A stretch of DNA of 64,000 nt from the NCBI GenBank assembly GCA_963666975.2, contig CAXVYR010000004.1, positions 1,056,001 to 1,120,000 on the forward strand, written 5' to 3'. The DNA comes from Terriglobia bacterium. GTDB taxonomy: Bacteria > Acidobacteriota > Terriglobia > 2-12-FULL-54-10. Below, piece after piece: positions 29,519 through 40,078 of the stretch. Both the position numbers and the translations under genes were made by a program. The notes under the pieces are model-generated. The model did no database searches and was not told the DNA's origin. It saw only the letters and a program-made list of their open reading frames with translations. Every line of letters begins with the position of its first letter. Positions within the stretch are counted from its first letter, which is position 1.

Positions 29519-29902
29519 CTACTCCTTGTCCTTCAACAAGGAGGATAAATCGGCGAACGGCTTGTAAGTGGCAGGTTGCTTTTTCTCGCCGATTGGTGTT
29601 GCCTCATCAGTTCCCCCTTCATTCCAATAACGACCGTGCTCATCATCGTGACAATAGAGACACAGGAGTTCCCAGTTGCGACCGTCGGGCGGGTTGTTGT
29701 CGTGGTTGTGGTCCTTGTGATGGACCGTGAGCTCACGAAGATTCTTAGGGGTAAATTCGCGTCCGCACCTGGCACAAATCCAGGGGTAGAGCTTGAGCGC
29801 CTGCTCCCGATAGCCCTGATTTCGCTGCTCCAGGATGCGGCGGGTCTCCGCGACGACCGGGTCCAACTTGTCGGGGTCTGGGCTTGTACGTTTCAATGGC
29901 AT
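29519..29902 (-). CDS. yajD: YajD-family HNH nuclease
   Basis: YREQALKLYPWICARCGREF...LTVHHKDHNHDNNPPDG.NWELLCLYCHD. Confidence 0.92.
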   Translation of the reverse strand: MPLKRTSPDPDKLDPVVAETRRILEQRNQGYREQALKLYPWICARCGREFTPKNLRELTVHHKDHNHDNNPPDGRNWELLCLYCHDDEHGRYWNEGGTDEATPIGEKKQPATYKPFADLSSLLKDKE

Positions 29903-30173
29903 TCACGCGCCCTTCCGCTTTCCCCGGACGGGACAAGCCTAACCCTTGTCTGCGATGGACTTGTTCATGACGCCTATCCTTTATCCTTTATCCTTCACAG
30001 GAAACCCTCGCGCAGACGACAGGAATGGCTCAATTAGACTGCCTCCCAACCTGCTGGTCAAGGGCAAAGCATCCTTTGGCAAAAAACCGTGCCGGGAAAG
30101 TTGTGACTTGGTCCCCACACGTTTTAGCCGAGCCGCGAGCGACTGGTCAGTTCCAGAGCGCTTCCGTAGCTTG

Positions 30174-30680
30174 TTAGAAAAGCCGGCTTCGGGGAAACTT
30201 CTTTTTTAAGTATCCGTCGAGCCCCAGCGCACGGCCCGCCGAAACTGCCACGAAAACCAGATGCAGGATGATAAAAATGCGGTTGATCCCCACCCGCGCC
30301 CCTCCGGCCGGGATGGCGACGGCGAGGTAGATGTTGAGATTGTAGAAGGCTCCAAACGAAGAGGCGATCCGGACCAGGCATCCCGACAGAAGGGAAAAAG
30401 CGATGGCGAGCTCGCCGAAACAAACCAGATAACTGAATACATCGGCGTTGGGGACGACCACGCCCAGGATGAAATCGCGGTGCCAGGAGATGGGATCGTC
30501 TGCAACCCCAGACAGCGTGCGGACCAGCGATTCCCCGCTTAAAAAACTTCCAGTCAGCTTCCGCCAGCCGACCAACAGGAAGTGGTAACCCACCATAATG
30601 CGCAGGATCGCCACGTATCCCAGGGCCGTATTCTGCCTGAAGTTGTCGGCGAGGAACGCCCGCGCACGATTCAGCAGCAT
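30174..30680 (-). CDS. DoxX/DoxD-family membrane protein
   Basis: ILRIMVG...GWRKL, GELAIA and AGRALGLD. Confidence 0.85.
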   Translation of the reverse strand: MLLNRARAFLADNFRQNTALGYVAILRIMVGYHFLLVGWRKLTGSFLSGESLVRTLSGVADDPISWHRDFILGVVVPNADVFSYLVCFGELAIAFSLLSGCLVRIASSFGAFYNLNIYLAVAIPAGGARVGINRIFIILHLVFVAVSAGRALGLDGYLKKKFPRSRLF

Positions 30681-30768
30681 GGGAAAAGCCTCCTAGCCGT
30701 CAATTCTAAGCCATTTATTATAATCCCTATATTGTATGCAAAGCCCGGCACGTTGTGGATTCCGGCGC

Positions 30769-32238
30769 TTACTCTTCCTCATCCTGCTCTCCTTTGTAGC
30801 GTTCCGCGATGGGGCCCGAGTAGCCGAAGATGCGTTGAATCCAGCGCACCAGCCCCTCGGTGGATTTCTCCATCCAGTAGAAATCGGCCGCGTGCCGCCC
30901 GGCGAGCGAAAAAGTCGGGTAGGGATGGATGGTATCCGACAGTCCTGCGAGGCTGATTCCATGCTTCATAGCCAGGGTGTACTCCATGATCAGCTCGCCG
31001 GCGTGAGGCCCCACGATGTGCGCCCCCAGCAGCTTCCCGCCCCAGCGGGTGGCGATCAGCTTCACCAAGCCCACGCGCTCGCTGTCGGTGATGGCGCGGT
31101 CCTCAGAGCGGAATGAAACACGGTGCACCTTGACGGAGCCATGTTTCTCGCGGGCCTCGGTTTCGGTAAGGCCCACGCGCGCGACCTCCGGGTCCGAGAA
31201 AATCGCCCAGGGAACGGCCTTGTAGTTGAGCTTCATCGGAACGTGGAGGATGGCGTTGGTGATGGCCACCTTGCCTTGGTACTCGGCCGTGTGCGTGAAC
31301 AGAAAGTGCCCGGTCACGTCCCCGCAGGCGTAGATGTTGCGCGCCGTGGTGCGGCAACGGCTGTCCACGCGGATGCCCTGGCGCTCCACCGCGACGCCGG
31401 CTTTGTCCAGACCCAGCTCCTCGACATTCGGACGGCGGCCCACCGCCACGAGCAGAGTGTCCCCGGAAACGGTCTCCGGCGTCCCATGGTGATCGAGCGT
31501 CAGGGTGTGTTCCAGACCTTTATGGGTATGTTGTACGGAGTCCGCCTTAACCGCCGCATCCACATACACGCGGATACCTTCCCGCTTGAGAATGGCAGTG
31601 ACCTGCGCGGAGACCTCCTCGTCCTCGCGAGGGAGAATGCGCGGAGCCATATCGATCAGCGTGACCTCGCTGCCGAGCCGCCGGAAGGCCTGCGCCATCT
31701 CGACGCCGATCGGCCCGGCGCCCATGATCAGAAGATGCCGGGGCCGGGTGCGAATTCCGAAGAGGGTCTCGTTGGTGAGGTAATCGGTGAGTCCTTCCAG
31801 CGGCGGAACCAGTGGCCGCGATCCGGTGGCCACGACAAACTTTTTGCTGCGCAGCGTATCGCCGTTGAGGAGCAATTCGCGGGAGGAGAGGAACCGGGCC
31901 TCGCCGAAGCGCGTTTCCACCCCGTAGCGGGCCAGCTTTTCCGGGCTGTCGTGCGGCTCCACCTTGCGGATCACTCCGGCGACGCGCTCCATTACCTTGG
32001 GGAAATTCACCTCCGGCAGTGCGCCGTCTATCCCGAATTCGCCCGCGCGCGCGACCAACGCCGCCACGTTGGCCGAGCGGATCAGCGCCTTGCTCGGAAC
32101 GCAGCCCGTGTTCAGGCAATCGCCTCCCAGCTTGTGGCGCTCCACCAATAGAGTGCGAGCCCCCAATTGGGCGGCGGCCCCGGCCGCGGTCAGCCCGGCC
32201 GAGCCTCCTCCCAGCACAATCAGATCGTAGTCAGCCAT
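30769..32238 (-). CDS. pyridine nucleotide-disulfide oxidoreductase (MerA/Lpd-like)
   Basis: GGGSAG, GGDCLNTGCVPSK, GAGPIG and HPYPT; no C-terminal Cys pair. Confidence 0.9.
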   Translation of the reverse strand: MADYDLIVLGGGSAGLTAAGAAAQLGARTLLVERHKLGGDCLNTGCVPSKALIRSANVAALVARAGEFGIDGALPEVNFPKVMERVAGVIRKVEPHDSPEKLARYGVETRFGEARFLSSRELLLNGDTLRSKKFVVATGSRPLVPPLEGLTDYLTNETLFGIRTRPRHLLIMGAGPIGVEMAQAFRRLGSEVTLIDMAPRILPREDEEVSAQVTAILKREGIRVYVDAAVKADSVQHTHKGLEHTLTLDHHGTPETVSGDTLLVAVGRRPNVEELGLDKAGVAVERQGIRVDSRCRTTARNIYACGDVTGHFLFTHTAEYQGKVAITNAILHVPMKLNYKAVPWAIFSDPEVARVGLTETEAREKHGSVKVHRVSFRSEDRAITDSERVGLVKLIATRWGGKLLGAHIVGPHAGELIMEYTLAMKHGISLAGLSDTIHPYPTFSLAGRHAADFYWMEKSTEGLVRWIQRIFGYSGPIAERYKGEQDEEE

Positions 32239-32360
32239 TGCTGAACCCTCCACAACAGAACATAACAATATACTGGCAGAATATACGGGCGGAATGTACG
32301 CGCAGAATGCAGGTGCGGATGCCCGTGGGGATGTCTGCGCCGTGCCGATGCGGTCCTCTT

Positions 32361-33026
32361 CTACAACGGATCGGGCGGTGCGCCCATGAGCACAACGTTT
32401 CCTTCTTCCACGCTCATTTTGTCGATCGAGAAAGGCAGCCGAAAAGGCCGGTCGATGGAGACCTCCGGGAAGGAGGGCTTCAGATACCGCTCGATCAGAA
32501 AATCCACCACCATGCGGGGCAGAGCCACCCCATCCAGCGTGACCGTCTGGAGCGCGAACCGGGCGATTCCGCCGGAACTGGTGAAGGTCCCGTCCGCTCC
32601 CAGCGTATGCACGCCCTGCAAAAAATAATCGATCAGAGGATTTCCCGAGCCGCCAAAAGCTGCTTTCAATTTACCAAAGTCCGCCTGCAGGGACCCTTGA
32701 GTACGCGCCGGATGGAACTGGAGGCGAACCCGCGAAACACCCGGAGGATAATAAGGAAGCATTTCAAATTGTAGATAGGAATTCGCTTCCACCTCGCTGA
32801 TCCGGACCGAGCCAAAGGAACGTCCCTGACCGGCAGCCTCCCGGACCTGCTCTAACTTGCGGGCCGCTGACTGCGCCGCCTCCCAGGAAAGCCGTTGTTG
32901 CAACTCACCGTCCTGCGCACGGCCTGTTTGAGCCAGCCCCCCCCAACCAAGCAACGCAAAAACCAGGCAGTTCATTCCCGCCCGGCTTGCGAACGCGCAA
33001 ATCGCTCTCTCATTCACAATCGTCAT
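32361..33026 (-). CDS. exported hypothetical protein
   Basis: Signal-like N-terminus; ISEVEANSYL; co-oriented with asmA. Confidence 0.7.
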   Translation of the reverse strand: MTIVNERAICAFASRAGMNCLVFALLGWGGLAQTGRAQDGELQQRLSWEAAQSAARKLEQVREAAGQGRSFGSVRISEVEANSYLQFEMLPYYPPGVSRVRLQFHPARTQGSLQADFGKLKAAFGGSGNPLIDYFLQGVHTLGADGTFTSSGGIARFALQTVTLDGVALPRMVVDFLIERYLKPSFPEVSIDRPFRLPFSIDKMSVEEGNVVLMGAPPDPL

Positions 33027-33116
33027 CCCCTCCACTTTTGCTCTTACATTGCTTAGAGGCGGACATCCGCTGATTGGATGCATTAAATGACTGGATGAAC
33101 GAAATGAGTGGACACA

Positions 33117-35777
33117 TTAATTGTGAGAATCAAGCAGCAAGGCGACGGTCTCCGTGAGGCGAGGCTCGGCCAGCGTGCCCGCCCAGTGGTATTGATGCCC
33201 TCCGGATTCCCTTCTTACGTTGAGGTCCAGAGTGCGATCAAAACCAACCGAGCCGGTCACGATCAGCGCAGGCAACTCCGGCGCACTCTCCCTGCCTCGC
33301 ACTGTGCCGGCCCCCGTAACCGCCCTGAGTTCTTCCAGCAGAACTTCCCTGCCGCCTATGTGGAAGCTGGCCGATAAGGAGGCAAACCCGGTGACAGGAT
33401 TCAGATCGGCTGGCGACGGCGCGCCCGACAGGTCCAGGCCATGGAGCACCAGATCGCTCCCGGCAACTTCCCCGGACCCTTCCAGGCGGTCTAGGATTTC
33501 ATTCAAATTCCCTCCGGAGCTTTCCAGGCGGAGGCTGCCATTTAATTTTCCGGAAAAAAATCCTCCCCAACCCGCTGACGCTTCCGTGAGCCTGTCCAAA
33601 TCCATGTTCGCGTAGTGGCTCTCCAGATGAAAGGCCGGTGAATCGGAATCAAAGCGAATGGCGGCGCTGCCAATTTGAGTGCCTCCGGCGAACTCTCCTC
33701 TGAAATGCTCGATCGTGAGAAGCCGGTCGCGGAAATCAACAGCGGCATCGAAATTCTCGATTCCCGTACCGCCAAGCCCGACCCAGCCGGTATGGAGCGT
33801 GCCCCTGGCTGATAAGCCGTCGAAAAACGGGGAGCCGCGGTTGCTGCCTCTTCCAAACCCGAAGAACGCTCCAGGCCGGTGGCGCGGGTTCAGGAGCTGG
33901 TCCAGCTCGGCAATGTCAATCCCGGAAGCATGGAAGTCAAACTCGACCTCCAGCCGGTTGTTCTTTCCCGCCACACCGGGTTTCGCCAAAAAGTTTCCCG
34001 TGAGTTCCATTCCTCCGAGCACGGCGACAAAAGGGCCGGCGCGAACTTCACCCGGTTGAAACTCCAGCCGGGCGCTGGAAACCTGGACTGGCTGGTTGAC
34101 CGCCCTTGATTTCAACTCTGCGCCGGAAAGCTCGGCCCAGCCGGTGAGTTGGGGAGGCTTTCCCGCTGCCGTGGCAACGCCGATCTCGAAGGAGAGGTCC
34201 CCCCCGGCGAGGTCCGCTTCGCCCCACCGGCTTCCAAACGCCCGGGCCCATTGCAAAAAGGAAGCCGTCGGAAGCGTCTCGCCGCGAAGCTGAATGGTGC
34301 TTTCCCAATTCTCCAGGTCCCAGCGCACAGCGGCCTCAAGATCGCCGCCCTGCTCGAAGCTCACGGTCACGGGTTCGGCCCGCCCGGTTTTCCCTTCAAA
34401 AACAGCCCGAAAATCGGCGAGGCGGGCGATTTGGCCTGATCTTTTTTCCTCAAGAACTCCTTCCGACAGGCTCAAGCTGCCAACCCAGCTCCGGGCAGCG
34501 CCCTCCATGTGAAGGCGGCCGTCCACTACTCCTTCGGCAAGCAACTGCGTATCGAGATCCGGGGTGAACTGTTTGACGATGTCCACGATCACCGCCAAGG
34601 GGACCCGGCGGAATTGCGCGCTCCAGTCCGGCTGGGGATCATGAAACAGACTTTCAACCTCTCCCCGAATCACCACGGCGCCTTCCGCCAGGGGAACGGC
34701 TATGGAAGTAAGCTGCAGGGACCCTCCCTGCACATCCAGGATTCCCGCGATCTGGGCGCGGAGGGTGGAGGCGACGGCGGGCGGCAATAAATCCCAGCGA
34801 TGCAGGTCCTCGACTCCGACCTCGCCCGTCAAACGAAGCAGCGAGGTCGTGCCCGTCAGGTGGAAGCGGAGGTTGAGCTCCCCATGCATCCCGTAATCGT
34901 TTCCCGTAAAGACCTTGAGCAGGTCTCCCAGCAGAGCGTTCTCAGCGGCCAGGTCCAGGCGCAAGGGCGTGCCCGTCTCGGCATGAATCCCCGAAGCAAA
35001 ATCCAACGGGCCAAACTCCGCCTCCCCCCGGACCCTGCTGATGGGATGGAGCGGGAAGTCGGTCCGGTTCGGAGTTCCCTCAAACCACAGTTTCCAGGGC
35101 TGTCCCGAGGAGGAGGGCGGAAGCAACTCCAAATCCAGCGCATCGATGACATACACTTTTTTTTGGTTCTGGGACTTGAAGTTGATCCGGCCGGAATCCA
35201 CGCGGATTTCCGGCAACGAGCGGAACGGAGGGAATGACGGGAGAGACTCTTCTTCGCTCGCCGGCTCCACACTCCCTGTCTCTAGCCTCGCCGCCTCCAG
35301 CATGGACGAAGCCGGGCCGCCGTCAACCGCTCCGAGTGATTCCCCTAGCGATTCCCCAAGTGTTTCGAGGTTCCAATGGCCGTCTCCGTTGAGGACAACA
35401 TTCAGGCTGGGACGCACAAAGACCAGAGAGGAAAATTGCATCCGGTCTTGCCAGAGCGAACGCAGGCCGACCGTCGCCTGCAAGGTTTCCATGCGCGCAA
35501 ACGGCTCGATGCCAAAGCGAGGGTCCTCCCCGACCACCACATTCTCGATCTCAAATCCCGGTCCCCCCAGCAGCTTCAATCGGATTTGTCCCGTGCGCAC
35601 AGGCCGACCCAGCTCCCGGGAGAGAGCAGCGGTAATTTTTTCCTGCCAGGAATTGACCTCGACGACCAGGGGAAGCAGCAAGCTCAGCAACAGCAAAGCC
35701 GCCGCGGTCCAGAAGATGGTTCGAGCCCAACGCAGGCGCAGCATGCCAACTCTCGTATCGCAGCTTTCCTCTCTCAT
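33117..35777 (-). CDS. AsmA-family protein
   Basis: N-terminal TM, LSRELGRPV...PSLNVV...WNLE and a long beta-rich body. Confidence 0.88.
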   Translation of the reverse strand: MREESCDTRVGMLRLRWARTIFWTAAALLLLSLLLPLVVEVNSWQEKITAALSRELGRPVRTGQIRLKLLGGPGFEIENVVVGEDPRFGIEPFARMETLQATVGLRSLWQDRMQFSSLVFVRPSLNVVLNGDGHWNLETLGESLGESLGAVDGGPASSMLEAARLETGSVEPASEEESLPSFPPFRSLPEIRVDSGRINFKSQNQKKVYVIDALDLELLPPSSSGQPWKLWFEGTPNRTDFPLHPISRVRGEAEFGPLDFASGIHAETGTPLRLDLAAENALLGDLLKVFTGNDYGMHGELNLRFHLTGTTSLLRLTGEVGVEDLHRWDLLPPAVASTLRAQIAGILDVQGGSLQLTSIAVPLAEGAVVIRGEVESLFHDPQPDWSAQFRRVPLAVIVDIVKQFTPDLDTQLLAEGVVDGRLHMEGAARSWVGSLSLSEGVLEEKRSGQIARLADFRAVFEGKTGRAEPVTVSFEQGGDLEAAVRWDLENWESTIQLRGETLPTASFLQWARAFGSRWGEADLAGGDLSFEIGVATAAGKPPQLTGWAELSGAELKSRAVNQPVQVSSARLEFQPGEVRAGPFVAVLGGMELTGNFLAKPGVAGKNNRLEVEFDFHASGIDIAELDQLLNPRHRPGAFFGFGRGSNRGSPFFDGLSARGTLHTGWVGLGGTGIENFDAAVDFRDRLLTIEHFRGEFAGGTQIGSAAIRFDSDSPAFHLESHYANMDLDRLTEASAGWGGFFSGKLNGSLRLESSGGNLNEILDRLEGSGEVAGSDLVLHGLDLSGAPSPADLNPVTGFASLSASFHIGGREVLLEELRAVTGAGTVRGRESAPELPALIVTGSVGFDRTLDLNVRRESGGHQYHWAGTLAEPRLTETVALLLDSHN

Positions 35778-35797
35778 CCGGCCCGGCTGGCGCCGGC

Positions 35798-36574
35798 TTA
35801 CCGGATCAGATGAAACATCCGCTTCCAGCGCGTCTTCTGCGGGAAGTGGATGACTACATCGAGCAGCCTCCTCACAAAATTCACAGCGCCCGTCTGGCGG
35901 TATTCCTCGCTGGAAGACTCAAACGACCAGTAGATCAACAGCGGCTGGCCGACAATGTTTCCCCTGGGCACAAAACCCCAGTACCGGCTGTCGGAGCTGA
36001 AATCGCGGTTGTCTCCCATGACAAAATACCGGCCCGGTGGAACCACGATTTCGCCGTCCTGAACGTGCTCCTGAAAAGTGTCGGCCCATTCGGAAAACAC
36101 CGTTCCGGAAGGCGGGGAAGGGAAATTATCCCGGTACGGTTGCATGCGGGTGCTTTTGTGGATTGCGTAGGGCTCCTCCAGCGCTTCCCCGTTGCGGAAG
36201 ACCTGCTTGTCCTCCAGATGGATTCGGTCGCCCGGCACGCCGACCACCCGCTTCACAAAATAAATTTTCGGGTCCAGCGGATAGCGAAACACGATGATCC
36301 GGTCGCGCTCCACCGGGTGATAGGGGACGATTCGGTCCCAAAATGAGGCGGGCCCGTAAGCCACCTTGTCGACCATCAGATGATCCCCGATCAACAGGGA
36401 ATCTTCCATGGAGCTGGAGGGAATTTTGAACGCCTGGATGAGAAACGTGGTGCCGAACAAAGCCAGGATCACGGTGACCACCAGCGATTCCAGATATTCC
36501 CGCGCAGTCGATTTCCCGCTCCCAGGCTGGGACTCGAGGTCCTTCTCAACCGGTCTCTCTGTTTTCACTGCCAA
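35798..36574 (-). CDS. lepB: signal peptidase I
   Basis: IPSSSME, FVKRVVG and GDNRDFSSDSRYWG. Confidence 0.96.
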   Translation of the reverse strand: MAVKTERPVEKDLESQPGSGKSTAREYLESLVVTVILALFGTTFLIQAFKIPSSSMEDSLLIGDHLMVDKVAYGPASFWDRIVPYHPVERDRIIVFRYPLDPKIYFVKRVVGVPGDRIHLEDKQVFRNGEALEEPYAIHKSTRMQPYRDNFPSPPSGTVFSEWADTFQEHVQDGEIVVPPGRYFVMGDNRDFSSDSRYWGFVPRGNIVGQPLLIYWSFESSSEEYRQTGAVNFVRRLLDVVIHFPQKTRWKRMFHLIR

Positions 36575-37268
36575 ATGGGTCCTCTCGCAGTTTAGACAAT
36601 GCCATCCGTGCAGCCGCCTGCTGGGCTGCCTTCTTGGTCTCTCCCTCCGCTTCCGCCAGTTGGTCGGCTCCTACACGGACCTGGACGGTAAAGACCTTGC
36701 TGTGCTCGGGGCCTCGCTCCTGAACGACCACATAATGGGGCTGAGGCGCCCGCCGGGCTTGCAACCATTCCTGCAACTCCGACTTGTAATCGCCGGTCTG
36801 AATCTGCTCCCAGTCGATCTTGCTGAGAATCGAGCGCCGGATGAAATCCCGGGCCGCTTCTACGCCGCCATCCCAGTACAGGGCCGCCACCAAAGACTCC
36901 AGGGCGTCGACCTGCAACGTCCTTTTGGTCCGGCCTCCGCTTTCCTCTTCCCCCTTGCCCAGAAGCAGGTAACGGCCGAGATGGATCTCGCGCGCAGCCT
37001 GGTCCAGATGGGCGGCACTGACCAAATGAGCCTTGAGCTTGGAAAGCTGCCCGGCGGAATGTGTGGGATACTGCCCGACTAAAACCTCGCTCACCAGGAA
37101 ACCCAGGATGGAATCTCCTAAAAACTCCATCCGCTCGTTGGAGCATTCCTCCCCCGCCCCGGAATGTTGTGCGTGGGAGCTGTGCGTGAGAGCCTGCAGC
37201 AGCAGCTCCGGCTGGGCAAAGGAGTACCCGATTTTTTCTTCTAACTCCAGCAGCGCAGCCGACTTCAT
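36546..37268 (-). CDS. rnc: ribonuclease III
   Basis: ALTHSS, NERMEFLGD and a dsRBD (DYKSELQE...KKAAQQAAA). Confidence 0.97.
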   Translation of the reverse strand: MKSAALLELEEKIGYSFAQPELLLQALTHSSHAQHSGAGEECSNERMEFLGDSILGFLVSEVLVGQYPTHSAGQLSKLKAHLVSAAHLDQAAREIHLGRYLLLGKGEEESGGRTKRTLQVDALESLVAALYWDGGVEAARDFIRRSILSKIDWEQIQTGDYKSELQEWLQARRAPQPHYVVVQERGPEHSKVFTVQVRVGADQLAEAEGETKKAAQQAAARMALSKLREDPFGSENRETG

Positions 37269-37400
37269 GCCTCTTTCCCCATCTCCCCCGGCCCCATCTG
37301 CTGGAAGAAAGAGTGTCTCGCAAGCATCCCTGGCCGCTCTGCTGTATTTACAGAACAATAATTTGCAGAACTGCGATTAGCAGAACTACAATCTGGCAAA

Positions 37401-38351
37401 CTACAATGATCCGGCCCCGGAATCCTCACTTCTCTCCTCTTGACTGATCGGGGACTGGAACAGAACAGAGCCGGAGACAGGCACCCGGGAGACGGCCTTC
37501 GACTTGAGCGCAAATTCTTTGGCCTCCGAGACCAAGTCCCTGGTTCCTCCGCCTGGAGACGGCACCCGCACGCCTCCGGCAGTCGCCGATTGCTCCAGCG
37601 CTTCCAGAGCCAGATCGTACTTCTCTTGGTAAGAGTAGGAAAGGCCCAGCCGGTACCATGTCACCGGGTCGGGCCGGGAGGCCAGCGTCGTGGCCATCTT
37701 AAACTCCGCCTCCGCTCTGGCAAAGTCCTCGCGGATCAAAGCAATCAAACCCAGCGCCGCGCGCGGGGTTGCCTCTGCGTCTTTTTTGGTGGCAACCCAT
37801 TGCGCGATGGTGAAATGGGGCGGCTTCCGGAGATTCGAGATCTGCTGCAAGGCACGCCCGGCGTATCTCTCCACTTCAACCAGTTTTTCCTGATAGTCGA
37901 TGTCTCTCCTGCTGGTTCTTTCCGCAATCGCCGAGGCGAGAATCAACAGCGCCACCAGGTTGTTTTCATTCTCCGAGAGAGTCAATTCGCCATAGGTCAG
38001 CACCCTGGCAAAGTCATTTTTCGCCTGATAGGCTTGCGTGGCCGCTTGAAAGGCGTGTTCTTTTAACTCTGATTGGGGATACTCCAGCAGAAAGTCCTCG
38101 ACCAGGCGTATCTGCTCATCCGGGTCCTGTTCCTGCATGAACTGCTGGTAGGCTGCAAACTCCTCTTGCGACCTCGCCTCCGGGACCGGCGGCGGTCCTC
38201 CTTCCTGGGCCTGCGGTTGAGCGTCCTGTGGTTGAGAGACCTGTGGTTGAGCGGCCTGCGGCGGCGGGGCAGCCGCCTCAGCCGGAATTGGAGACAGGAC
38301 TACCATGGCGCTCAGCACCAGAATGCCAAAAGCAGACCATAATCGTTTCAT
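37401..38351 (-). CDS. secreted TPR-like protein
   Basis: Signal peptide, Q/P linker, TPR helices. Confidence 0.8.
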   Translation of the reverse strand: MKRLWSAFGILVLSAMVVLSPIPAEAAAPPPQAAQPQVSQPQDAQPQAQEGGPPPVPEARSQEEFAAYQQFMQEQDPDEQIRLVEDFLLEYPQSELKEHAFQAATQAYQAKNDFARVLTYGELTLSENENNLVALLILASAIAERTSRRDIDYQEKLVEVERYAGRALQQISNLRKPPHFTIAQWVATKKDAEATPRAALGLIALIREDFARAEAEFKMATTLASRPDPVTWYRLGLSYSYQEKYDLALEALEQSATAGGVRVPSPGGGTRDLVSEAKEFALKSKAVSRVPVSGSVLFQSPISQEERSEDSGAGSL

Positions 38352-38419
38352 GAGTACGTACTCCTTCTTGCAATACTCTATTGCTATGCTGCCGGGGGGG
38401 GAAGCTGATCTTGCCCTTC

Positions 38420-40018
38420 TTAACCCAGGGGAACACCGTGCCGGGGCTTTCTTTCCTCCCTTGGAATTTCCTGCGGCGGACTCTCTCTGCCAGCCGGTGC
38501 GAACTCTTCCTGCATGCCCTTTTCGGCTGCGGCGCGCGTTTCGGCGGAAGAATCACCGGCTGCCAGGGCGGCGGCATACTCGGCCTGCGCCGCCTCCCGG
38601 TTTCCCTCCATGTCCAGCATGCGTCCGAGATATATATGAGACCATGCTTTCAAATGAGGGTCTGCGTTCGAAGCCGCCACCTGCGTGAAGTATTGCTTTG
38701 CCATCACCGGCTTGTTCTGACGGGTGGCGACAATCGCCAGCCCGTAGAGCGTCCGCGGGCGCGAGTCATATTGTTTGGCAAGGCCCTCGAAGATGCGCAG
38801 CGCGCCCTCATAATCTCCTTGCCCAATGCTGTCCTCTCCCCGGCGGGCCATCTGTTCGTAGGAAAACCAGAGGAGTTCACTCCTCGGCTCGGCGGGCTGG
38901 GCGCGGAACTGGACCTGCGCGATGCGCTCTTGTTCCTCTTCCACAGAGATGGCTTCGATCATCTCCGGATAATACCGCCGCATGCCTACCGGTTGCTGCT
39001 CAAATACCTCCATCGCCTCGAAGAAATACGTTGTCAGAAAAAATCCTTCCTCGACGGCGTCCTCCACGGCGCGCAGCTTAGCCTTGGAATCGGCAGGGGA
39101 ACGGCGCGCTTGGACCGCCTGGATCAGCGACTCGGTCAGCAGCAGGCTGAAACTTCTTTGGAAGGCAACATCGAGCGCGGGAGCTTGCTCGGTGATCTTC
39201 AGCAGCTCCTGTTTCGCCGCCACCTCCCTGCCGTATTTCAAAAGATAGGGATCGAAATGATAGTGGAGCCACCCGTGCTGAATCTCCTGCTCGGGAATCT
39301 CCGCCGAGGGGCTTGCCACGATGAAGTAGTCGTCCCCGTAGCTGCGCGCGTGGGTCTGGTTGGGCGCTCCCAGCGGGTTGATATAAATGGCGAAGCGGCG
39401 ATTCCAGTAGCCGGGCGTGTTCACCCGCAGGTAGCTGTTGGTCTCCACGATGGTTCGCGCCAGCGCTTTTTGATACCGCTCGCTCTCCTGCTCCATTGCC
39501 GGCAGATATTTTTCCCACATAGATTGGATGCCGGCTTCCTGGTAAAAGGCGGCGATCAGAGGAACCATATCTTGCAGGTCCACCACGTCGGGAGGCAGGT
39601 TGGCGGGGCTCACTTGCAACTCGAAAGAGGGCGGACCGGACAGAAGCAAGGCCAGGGAAACATACTGGCCCAGGTCGCGGGAGGGATCAAAAAGCTGATG
39701 ATCGCCATAGAACACCCGCAACGCCGGCAGGCTGGGGATGTCCTTTGCGGCCAACTCCTTTCGCACAGCGTAGCGCATCGGCGCCAGCTCCGGCCTGCCT
39801 GCGCCCACGTCGAAACCGGCGGCGTTGACCGCGGCCAGCACCGTGAACAGTTGCAGGTTCGGCTCGGCGACGATTCCTTGTTGTTGCCCTTGTCGTTGTT
39901 GTTGCGCTTGCAGCGACACCACTCCCAGTGAGGCTGCTCCCAGCCACAACACAAAGCCATACAAGAAGATAGGAGGGAATTTTCTGAGTCTCAAAGGGCC
40001 TGTTTGCCTTTCGGCCAC
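38420..40018 (-). CDS. secreted protein with C-terminal TPRs
   Basis: Signal region, LFTVLAAVNAAGFD, HGWLH and C-terminal TPRs. Confidence 0.8.
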   Translation of the reverse strand: MAERQTGPLRLRKFPPIFLYGFVLWLGAASLGVVSLQAQQQRQGQQQGIVAEPNLQLFTVLAAVNAAGFDVGAGRPELAPMRYAVRKELAAKDIPSLPALRVFYGDHQLFDPSRDLGQYVSLALLLSGPPSFELQVSPANLPPDVVDLQDMVPLIAAFYQEAGIQSMWEKYLPAMEQESERYQKALARTIVETNSYLRVNTPGYWNRRFAIYINPLGAPNQTHARSYGDDYFIVASPSAEIPEQEIQHGWLHYHFDPYLLKYGREVAAKQELLKITEQAPALDVAFQRSFSLLLTESLIQAVQARRSPADSKAKLRAVEDAVEEGFFLTTYFFEAMEVFEQQPVGMRRYYPEMIEAISVEEEQERIAQVQFRAQPAEPRSELLWFSYEQMARRGEDSIGQGDYEGALRIFEGLAKQYDSRPRTLYGLAIVATRQNKPVMAKQYFTQVAASNADPHLKAWSHIYLGRMLDMEGNREAAQAEYAAALAAGDSSAETRAAAEKGMQEEFAPAGRESPPQEIPREERKPRHGVPLG

Positions 40019-40049
40019 CTGAATCGACGGCCATTTTCTGCCTCTTTAC

Positions 40050-40078
40050 AGTCTAGGGAAATCGGGGTCCGCAGTCAA
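40050..40078 (-). promoter_or_regulatory. sigma70-like promoter of the TPR-rnc-lepB gene run
   Basis: TTGACT-N17-TAGACT; degenerate copy (TTGCCT-N16-TAGACT) near 48946-48973. Confidence 0.7.

Noticed and set aside
29519-29902. HNH gene as a homing endonuclease or defence nuclease
   Set aside because: Matches the common chromosomal YajD family, with no mobile context
30769-32238. Mercuric reductase MerA
   Set aside because: No C-terminal Cys-Cys and no mer genes nearby
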